DNA of 35,388 nt from the NCBI GenBank assembly GCA_050185455.1, contig JBFWZL010000003.1, positions 1 through 35,388 on the forward strand, read 5' to 3'. Both the position numbers and the translations under genes were made by a program. Every line of letters starts with the position of its first letter. Within the stretch, counting starts at the first letter, position 1. This DNA comes from Candidatus Binatia bacterium (lineage in GTDB: Bacteria; Desulfobacterota; Binatia; Bin18). The notes beneath the pieces were generated by a model that made no database searches, was not told the origin of the DNA, and saw only the letters and a list, made by a program, of their open reading frames with translations. Positions 29,322-35,388 of the stretch are shown piece by piece.

Positions 29322-29752
29322 CCAGCAATGTCCTCATTGTCGGAGGCGGTGAGGTGGGAACGTATCTCGCCCGCCTGCTTGTGGCGAACAAGCAACAAGT
29401 GAAAATCCTTGAAGTGCGACCGGAGGAACTGCCGCGATTGCGGCGTGATGTGCCGGCGGATATCGTCACGATCGGCGATGGCGCTGACCCTGCCGTCCTT
29501 GAGGCTGCGGACGTCCGTCACGTTCAGGTAGTGGCGGCTGTCACCGGAACGGATGCGACCAATCTGGTCGTTACCAGTCTGGCGCGGTTTGAGTTTCAGG
29601 TGCCCAGGACGATTGCGCGAGTACACACTCCGAAACATGCGTGGCTGTTCACTCCCGAACTAGGGGTGGACATGATGATCAATCAAGCGGATCTCATGGC
29701 GCATTTGATCGCTGAGGAGATGGTCTTGGGGAACCAGAGGAAAGATCTTTGA
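29318..29752 (+). CDS. TrkA-family protein, RCK-N only (probably C-terminally truncated)
   Basis: IVGGGEVG, GDGADPAVLEAA, VTGTDATNLV, RTIARV..P. 144 aa with no RCK-C domain. Confidence 0.82.
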   Translation: MTSNVLIVGGGEVGTYLARLLVANKQQVKILEVRPEELPRLRRDVPADIVTIGDGADPAVLEAADVRHVQVVAAVTGTDATNLVVTSLARFEFQVPRTIARVHTPKHAWLFTPELGVDMMINQADLMAHLIAEEMVLGNQRKDL

Positions 29753-29786
29753 AAAAGCGTTGGATCGTCATGATGGGAAGGCGTTG

Positions 29787-31052
29787 ATGCTTACGCCTCT
29801 TGCCGCTCTGGAGCGGCTCTTGGTCGCAGTTCTCATTGGGGCGTTGATCGGTCTTGATCGTGAACGAGCGGAGGCGCGGAAATCCGCGCAAATCTTTGCC
29901 GGCGTCCGCACGTTTCCTCTTATTGCTCTAGCCGGCGCCGTTCCCATGCTTGTGTTTGACATTACCGGACCTTCGCTTCTTATCACGAGCTTTCTCACGG
30001 TTGTGGCAGTGACGATTATTTCCTACGTGCGCACCTCGGCAAGTGGCAAGGTGGGCGCGACGACGGAAATCGCGGCATTGGTGACTTTCTTGCTCGGCGT
30101 TCTAGCCGGCGCCGGACAACTCGTGATCGCGGGCGCCACGGGAATCGGCGTCGCGGTACTTCTGGTCGCCAAACCTCGCCTCGAAGCGTTCTCGCGGGCG
30201 TTGACTAGTGAGGAACTCGCCGCCACGCTCGAACTGGCGGTGCTGTCCGGCATCATTTTGCCGCTTTTACCGAATCAAGGGTACGGACCCTGGAAAGTCC
30301 TCAATCCTTATGACATCTGGCTTGTGGTCGTCTTAGTGAGTGGGCTCTCGTTTGCCGGGTTTGTGGCTGTTCGGTTGTTAGGCACGCAGAAAGGTCTCAT
30401 GATGACCGGAGTTATCGGGGCGCTCGTTTCTAGCACGGCCGTGACGGTTGCGATGGCGGAGCGCTCACGCACGGACCGCCACCTTGCTGCGCAAGCAGCG
30501 GCGGGGGCAATTTTGGCCTCAACGATCATGGGAGTCCGGGTAATTATACTGGGCTCCTTGATCGATGTATCCATCCTTCCTCGCTTACTTCCCGTGATCG
30601 TCTCCATGGTGCTCGTGGGGATGGTGGCCTCCTGGATTCTTATTCGCAAAGCTCGGATTTTATCCACGAATGCCTCCGAACCAAATCTTTCCAACCCCTT
30701 TCGCTTAACGGAGGCGCTTTTCTTTGCCGGTGTGTACGTGTTTGTTCTGCTCGTTGCTGAGGCTGGTCAAGAATACCTTGGCGCACGCGGCATGTATGTA
30801 GCCGCCGCGCTTTCTTCACTTGCTGATGTTGATGCGGTCACCATTGCTTTTACGCATGTGGGAGGTCGTTCTGGAGAATGGCAAGCGCCAGCTGCCGCGG
30901 TGACGATTGCCGTGGTCACCAACACCTTGGTTAAACTAGGAATTGCCGTGTTTGCCGGCGCCGGCAAATTTCGTTGGCATGTTGGTGGAGCGCTGGCCGT
31001 AATGGCCGTGGTAGCTGCGCTTGTCGGAGTTGTGATCTTTACCAAGTTTTGA
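29787..31052 (+). CDS. MgtC/SapB family + DUF4010 integral membrane protein
   Basis: LIGLDRER...FAGVRTFPLI, G.TTEIA, LPLLPN.GYGPW..LNPY.IW, G.LVSSTA.T, LADVDA.T, TNTLVK. Confidence 0.9.
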   Translation: MLTPLAALERLLVAVLIGALIGLDRERAEARKSAQIFAGVRTFPLIALAGAVPMLVFDITGPSLLITSFLTVVAVTIISYVRTSASGKVGATTEIAALVTFLLGVLAGAGQLVIAGATGIGVAVLLVAKPRLEAFSRALTSEELAATLELAVLSGIILPLLPNQGYGPWKVLNPYDIWLVVVLVSGLSFAGFVAVRLLGTQKGLMMTGVIGALVSSTAVTVAMAERSRTDRHLAAQAAAGAILASTIMGVRVIILGSLIDVSILPRLLPVIVSMVLVGMVASWILIRKARILSTNASEPNLSNPFRLTEALFFAGVYVFVLLVAEAGQEYLGARGMYVAAALSSLADVDAVTIAFTHVGGRSGEWQAPAAAVTIAVVTNTLVKLGIAVFAGAGKFRWHVGGALAVMAVVAALVGVVIFTKF

Positions 31053-31073
31053 ATGACTTTTTTTGTCATAACG

Positions 31074-31119
31074 CGTCAGGGAGCGACAGCGTAACCGCTC
31101 CCTGACGGTCGCGGCTCGG
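31074..31119. repeat. REP-like element of CCGAGCCGCGACCGTCAGGGAGCG type (one full and one partial inverted copy)
   Basis: 12-bp IR CGTCAGGGAGCG / CGCTCCCTGACG continuing GTCGCGGCTCGG, located between convergent genes. Confidence 0.7.
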
Positions 31120-31242
31120 ATTAAGCCAGGCCTTCCTCCAAAGCGCCACGGGTCTCATCCAAGTGAAAACCCCTATATACTCGGTGAGCGACGTCAACGA
31201 CAAGTCGTAGGTTTGCTGCTTATGCAGCTGCGGCGCCGTCCT

Positions 31243-32067
31243 CTACGCCGCCACCTGAAAGCGCATCATGCCGAAGCCAACCGCCATCATGGGTTCGTAC
31301 ATGACGACTTCGCCTTTCGCGCCTTTGACCGCGCCCGCTACCGCCACCCAATTGCGGATTTCATGCGTACCGTTGCCGACAGCCTCCATTTCCGTATCCG
31401 TAATTTTCCGTAAGGACGGGCTGTTTTTACAAAGCTTCTTGAGAAACTTCATGTCGAACTTAGGATCGACCCGGCCCATATCCGGAGTGCCGACAGCATG
31501 GGATAATCCCCCAGTGCCAAGAATGGCGACGCGACGCGAACCTCCCCAGTTGCGGATAGCCTGACCGACCATGCGTCCGAATTCGTAACACCGCTTGACG
31601 CTTGGCAGCGGCGGCAGCACGCAATTCTGAATCAGCCACAGGTACGACAGATCCCATTTCGGCGTCAAGAAATGGGGGACGGTGAGAAAACCATGTTCCA
31701 GGCCCGCTTCACCGATACGCGTGAGATCAAAACCCTGTCGCGTGCCTTCTTTGAGCACCTCTTCGGCCAGCTCAGGGACAAAGTTAACCTTAATGCTGTT
31801 GCAGGGCATCCCCAACCAATTTTCCACCGGGCCAACGCCAGTCTCGGCGGTGACAACGCCAAATGAAGGATAGTGGCGTGGACTTAGTGCATTAAAATGT
31901 TCGTCGGAAATCACGACGAGCGTATCCGCGCCGGAGGTCGTCAGGGTGTCTCGGAGTGCATCAAAACCCTGGTGAACCTTATCCCACGCTTTTTGATCGA
32001 GCATGTGAGGAGCGCTAGTCAACAACGGAACATGAACCGACGCCATTGCTGCAACAATTTGTGCCAT
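31243..32067 (-). CDS. Class III extradiol ring-cleavage dioxygenase, LigB-like catalytic subunit
   Basis: SVHVP, ISDEHF, LEHG, ILGTGGLSH and G.HEIRNW: the LigB-type His/His/Glu Fe ligands and catalytic His. Confidence 0.9.
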   Translation of the reverse strand: MAQIVAAMASVHVPLLTSAPHMLDQKAWDKVHQGFDALRDTLTTSGADTLVVISDEHFNALSPRHYPSFGVVTAETGVGPVENWLGMPCNSIKVNFVPELAEEVLKEGTRQGFDLTRIGEAGLEHGFLTVPHFLTPKWDLSYLWLIQNCVLPPLPSVKRCYEFGRMVGQAIRNWGGSRRVAILGTGGLSHAVGTPDMGRVDPKFDMKFLKKLCKNSPSLRKITDTEMEAVGNGTHEIRNWVAVAGAVKGAKGEVVMYEPMMAVGFGMMRFQVAA

Positions 32068-32083
32068 GATGAACCCTCCTTAT

Positions 32084-32184
32084 GAGTCTCGAGTCTGGGG
32101 ATATGATGTCTTTCGGTCTAGAGTCTACCGTTCGAAAACCGAAGGGCTCAGCCTATTTCGACTCTAGACTCAGGGACGCTAGAC
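32084..32184. repeat. Inverted heptamer arrays (GAGTCTA / TAGACTC type)
   Basis: GAGTCTC GAGTCTG...CGGTCTA GAGTCTA on the left, CGACTC TAGACTC...TAGAC on the right. Confidence 0.55.
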
Positions 32185-32451
32185 GTTAGACTGATTTGCC
32201 GTTGCTGCTTTGAGCTGGGCGAGATACTGCGGCAGCTCATAGCGAATCGCGAAAGCGTATTGCACGAGAATGTACGGGTGGGCGCCGTGAGTATAAAGCC
32301 AGCCCATATCTTTTGCCTGTAGATGTTCTTGCTCTTCCTGAGTAAGGTTATACTGTCGCGCGACGGTATCGGGGTCTTGTTGATACCGCGCGAGCGCGTC
32401 CTCTGAATGGAATAGATCAGCCAACATGATGTTTAATGCTTGTGCGCTCAT
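32179..32451 (-). CDS. LigA-like small (alpha) subunit of extradiol dioxygenase
   Basis: 90 aa, ALN....L......ARY..DP......YNLT.EE...L...D...L...GAHPY.L, directly upstream of the LigB-like gene. Confidence 0.82.
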   Translation of the reverse strand: MSAQALNIMLADLFHSEDALARYQQDPDTVARQYNLTQEEQEHLQAKDMGWLYTHGAHPYILVQYAFAIRYELPQYLAQLKAATANQSNV

Positions 32452-32565
32452 ACATCCCCCTTTCGGTCCCTTTATTACTATGGATTGGCGGAAATCGATA
32501 GGGAGAGGGCAAGACCTAGAGGCGAGGGCTAGGAAGAGAAAAGGGGGCTAGAGGCAGGAAGGTCT

Positions 32566-32591
32566 GAGGGGTGTTTCGCGGAACACCCCTC
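32566..32591 (-). terminator. GC-rich hairpin after the LLM stop (terminator or mRNA stabiliser)
   Basis: GAGGGGTGTT-TCGCGG-AACACCCCTC perfect 10-bp stem, without a clear U tract. Confidence 0.45.
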
Positions 32592-32602
32592 GTAAAGCAT
32601 AG

Positions 32603-33955
32603 TTAGACCGAGGTAGCGCTCGTGTCGATTTTCAGATCTTTCAACGGAGAGCGGTCTACCACTGGCAGGCGCTTGGTTCCTGGTTGCAATTTCACCGACC
32701 CGGGAAAACGTTCGAACGGACCAGTGAGCTCAATCTCTTGAGAATACTCTCTGATTGGCGGAATGACTTCTTTGGCAAACAGCCTCATGCTGTTGAGGCG
32801 ATCTTCATTACTGACGGGACCTTGGACTTGGAAGAGGGTAAAAATGCCCGGACGCAGCACGCGCAGAATCGATTTGATCTTTTCTGTAACTGTCTTCGGC
32901 GAGCCAACGATCATCAACAGGTTCTGTTGGGCCTTTTCATAGGCGCCCTGGAGTTTTTGCCGGATCTCGTCGTAGTTCTTTCCCTCATCTTGCTTCTTGC
33001 CGGTTTGCATCTCTTTCAGCCGATCCGCGCTGAGGCCGACCCAGCCTCCGCCCGGACGTCGTCCCAGTAAACGAATCGCGCCTTTGGAATTGTAGCCTGG
33101 TGGTAAAGTATGCTCAGGCTTGGAGAAGGCGTTAGCGCCGCCGCCATAGACGAAGCCTTTGCCGAGTTCCTGGGCTTTCTCGTCAGTTTCTGCCACGAAT
33201 ACGCCCATCAGGTAGCCAAAATTTTCCGGACCGGCCTGATAGCCATGCTCCGCCGCTACATCAGCGTAAAGGTCCCAGATATCACAGGTAGGACCGAGAT
33301 TGGTCACCAGGCCAAGATACGGATACGCATGTTCCGCGCACCATTTCACGGTTTCCGGACTCAATACTCCTGGAATCCACATCTGTGGATGCGGTTTCTG
33401 GTAAGGAAGGGCCCACGGGTTCACGTGGCGATAATGAAAATGTTTGCCTTCGTAGCGCCACGGTCCCGGTTTGGTCCACGCTTGGATGATGAAGTCATGG
33501 GCTTCGTTAAAGTATTCGCGATTGTAGGCAGGATTGGCGTTGTTAAAGAACTGTTCACTGCCCGCGCCGCGCACCCAACCGGTGACCAGTCGTCCGCGAG
33601 AGATCAGGTCGATCTCTGCAAGTTCTTCCGCCATGCGCAGCGGATGCTTGATAACTGGAAGCGGATTACCAATGAGCACGATCTTCGCTTTTTTGGTCAC
33701 GCGTGCAAGAATGGACGCCTCGACGTTCATGACGCTGCCCATGCAGAAGGGGTTGCCATGATGCTCGTTCAACATCAGGGCATCGAATCCGAGTTCTTCC
33801 GCCTCGCAATATTCGTCGATCCAATAGTTATAGTCATCGGCGGCCTTCTCACGGTCAAAATACTTATTCGATACCGCAAAGAAGCCTTCGTTCCTGAGCA
33901 CTTCGTCTTCAGGCACCCAGCGATACGGTCGTTCGGTAAAGTAGCCAATAATCAT
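32603..33955 (-). CDS. LLM-class flavin-dependent oxidoreductase/monooxygenase
   Basis: AEELGFD.LMLNEHH, PLRMAEELA.ID.ISRGRL..G.VRG, NPWALPYQKPHP..W, IVGSPKTV, SMRLFAKEVIP. AAGGAG RBS. Confidence 0.92.
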   Translation of the reverse strand: MIIGYFTERPYRWVPEDEVLRNEGFFAVSNKYFDREKAADDYNYWIDEYCEAEELGFDALMLNEHHGNPFCMGSVMNVEASILARVTKKAKIVLIGNPLPVIKHPLRMAEELAEIDLISRGRLVTGWVRGAGSEQFFNNANPAYNREYFNEAHDFIIQAWTKPGPWRYEGKHFHYRHVNPWALPYQKPHPQMWIPGVLSPETVKWCAEHAYPYLGLVTNLGPTCDIWDLYADVAAEHGYQAGPENFGYLMGVFVAETDEKAQELGKGFVYGGGANAFSKPEHTLPPGYNSKGAIRLLGRRPGGGWVGLSADRLKEMQTGKKQDEGKNYDEIRQKLQGAYEKAQQNLLMIVGSPKTVTEKIKSILRVLRPGIFTLFQVQGPVSNEDRLNSMRLFAKEVIPPIREYSQEIELTGPFERFPGSVKLQPGTKRLPVVDRSPLKDLKIDTSATSV

Positions 33956-34145
33956 ACCCGCTGCTCCTTTTTATAAAGGGTGTATGTAAACTCGTCCTTT
34001 GATAGCAGACCTTTTTAAAAAATGGGAGCCCGGCCAACGTAATTGACGGTTGCCTTTATTGCTTACCGTGGCTGTTTGATTTTTGACGAAAAAAGAAGAT
34101 TCTGCGTGGCTAGAGAACCGTAGGAGAAGGGCTCAATGGGTGGCT

Positions 34146-35090
34146 CTAAGGCTTTGTCTTATTGGACGGTGGGACAGCGGAAACGCTTTTTAAGACTTTG
34201 AGACCAAGAGCTTTCCGCGCTCGTTTCTGCACATACAACGCCTGATCTGCTGCCGCCATCAATTCCTCGACAGAAGCCGTGCTTGTACTCCGAGCTACGG
34301 CGGTTCCTGTGCTCAAGGACAAAATGAAAGGATGAGAATGGCGGGCGTTATAGTCATTGAGATGATGCTGCAACCGACTCAGCAGCGTCTCAGCAGAATG
34401 CTGGGTTGCCTCCACGGCAAAGACGGCAAACTCGTCTCCGCCGAGCCGAGCAATAATGTCCGAGATGCGAAATGTCTTTTTGAGAACTTCAGCGGCTCCA
34501 GACAAAGCGAGGTCGCCTGCTTCATGTCCAAAAGTGTCGTTGATTTGTTTCAAGCCGTCGAGATCCGCGCATACCATGAGACCTTCCCGATTAGCGCGTG
34601 TCGCGACTTTCAATTGTTGCTCAGCCAAAGGCAGAAAACCTCGACGGTTATACAATCCCGTCAAAGGATCAACTAGAGTGAGTCTGCGCAATTCTTCTTT
34701 GAGACGGTGTTGTTCCAGTGCGTAACGGAGCGAGCGCTCAAGGAGGGACGCCGTCACCTGCCCTTTCACCAGATAGTCCACTGCGCCTGCTTCCATCGCC
34801 GCAAGGTCAACTGTACGATCTCCTTGGCCGGTCAGGAAAATGATGGGAATCGAACAACCGCGAAGATAGATCTCATGCAAGAGTTCCAACCCATCACGCT
34901 TGCCGAGCTGATAATCAAGCAGACAGATATCGTACTGCCGCTGTTCCAGCTCCTCGAGCGCGGGTTCATAGCTCGCCACCCACTTCAGTGAGAACCGTTT
35001 TTCCTCAATCTGAGCAAGTAAGTTGCGTGTGACGACGTAGTCATCTTCATCGTCATCTATAAGCAACACGCGAATCAGGGCTGCATCCAT
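34146..35090 (-). CDS. Response regulator diguanylate cyclase (REC-GGDEF)
   Basis: VLLIDDDEDD, LLDYQL (phospho-Asp), DYLVK, DPLTGLYNRR, DLDGLK.INDTFGH..GD, I-site RISD and GGDEF. Start 35090 or slightly upstream. Confidence 0.95.
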   Translation of the reverse strand: MDAALIRVLLIDDDEDDYVVTRNLLAQIEEKRFSLKWVASYEPALEELEQRQYDICLLDYQLGKRDGLELLHEIYLRGCSIPIIFLTGQGDRTVDLAAMEAGAVDYLVKGQVTASLLERSLRYALEQHRLKEELRRLTLVDPLTGLYNRRGFLPLAEQQLKVATRANREGLMVCADLDGLKQINDTFGHEAGDLALSGAAEVLKKTFRISDIIARLGGDEFAVFAVEATQHSAETLLSRLQHHLNDYNARHSHPFILSLSTGTAVARSTSTASVEELMAAADQALYVQKRARKALGLKVLKSVSAVPPSNKTKP

Positions 35091-35302
35091 ACAACTACTC
35101 ATCCTCTGTTCGTGATCAAGTGTGATTAGCAAGAAAAGAACACCGATCTACCCCCGCCCTGGCTCAGGACGCTCTGTCCCTCGATGCCGCCGTCAGGTGC
35201 TTTCCCAATATTTCAACACTAAAAGTTCTAATCTTGAGCCTTCAAGCAAAAGCAAGTGATTGTGGGGATCGAAGAGCAACGTAGTAATGCGCAAGACGTC
35301 CG

Positions 35303-35324
35303 CAGGGTGCATTCGTGCACCCTG
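35303..35324. repeat. Hairpin CAGGGTGCA-TTCG-TGCACCCTG (REP-like or terminator)
   Basis: Perfect 9-bp stem immediately after the stop of the minus-strand gene at 35327. Confidence 0.6.
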
Positions 35325-35326
35325 GT

Positions 35327-35388
35327 TTAGCCCGGGAGTCTCGCTTTCTCTGGCGGCAGTTCGACAACCTGGACCCAGTATCGTGTAA
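35327..35388 (-). CDS. C-terminus of a probable single-domain response regulator (Rcp1-like), partial
   Basis: The minus frame reads TRYWVQVVELPPEKARLPG*. YW..VVELP resembles the Rcp1-type receiver C-terminus. It lies upstream of the REC-GGDEF gene. Confidence 0.55.
   Translation of the reverse strand, partial: TRYWVQVVELPPEKARLPG

Noticed and set aside
33110-33976. 288-aa plus-strand ORF
   Set aside because: Antisense shadow of the LLM oxidoreductase.
35290-35388. tRNA-like appearance (GTTCGA at about 35359)
   Set aside because: No cloverleaf can be formed. The region is better explained as the 3' end of a minus-strand CDS plus a hairpin.

Overview
Gene-dense bacterial window with about 35 CDS and no rRNA, tRNA, CRISPR array or transposase. 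The LLM/amidohydrolase/DUF1329/NTF2 gene mix suggests a Binatota- or Tectomicrobia-like environmental lineage (inference only). There are three blocks. (1) 1-6.5 kb, catabolic/accessory genes: crotonase C-terminus, CoxE-like vWA protein, a DUF1329-phosphatase (CX5R) fusion, NTF2/KSI-like protein, F420-type LLM and amidohydrolase. (2) About 6.7-31.05 kb, a stress/dormancy-type island: glutaredoxin-CcdA-like membrane protein, cytochrome c, USP, pncB, BCAM0308-like protein, CBS protein, PolX-like HhH protein, amino-acid dehydrogenase, ICMT-like methyltransferase, an E3-less acsA-pdhABC-ACP operon, AhpD-like protein, malic enzyme, Rv2004c-like APH-AAA, YbaK, and a Na+/K+-ATPase-like P-type pump with TrkA pair and MgtC/DUF4010. 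Almost every transcription unit in this block is preceded by a sigma54 -24/-12 element (12 found, including 4 divergent pairs), and most by a shared TGNGRAAA-type upstream motif. No activator gene lies in the window. (3) 31.2-35.4 kb: LLM monooxygenase with LigA/LigB-type ring-cleavage dioxygenase, a REC-GGDEF cyclase and the end of a response regulator. Several REP-like palindromes and inverted heptamer arrays lie in the intergenic DNA.
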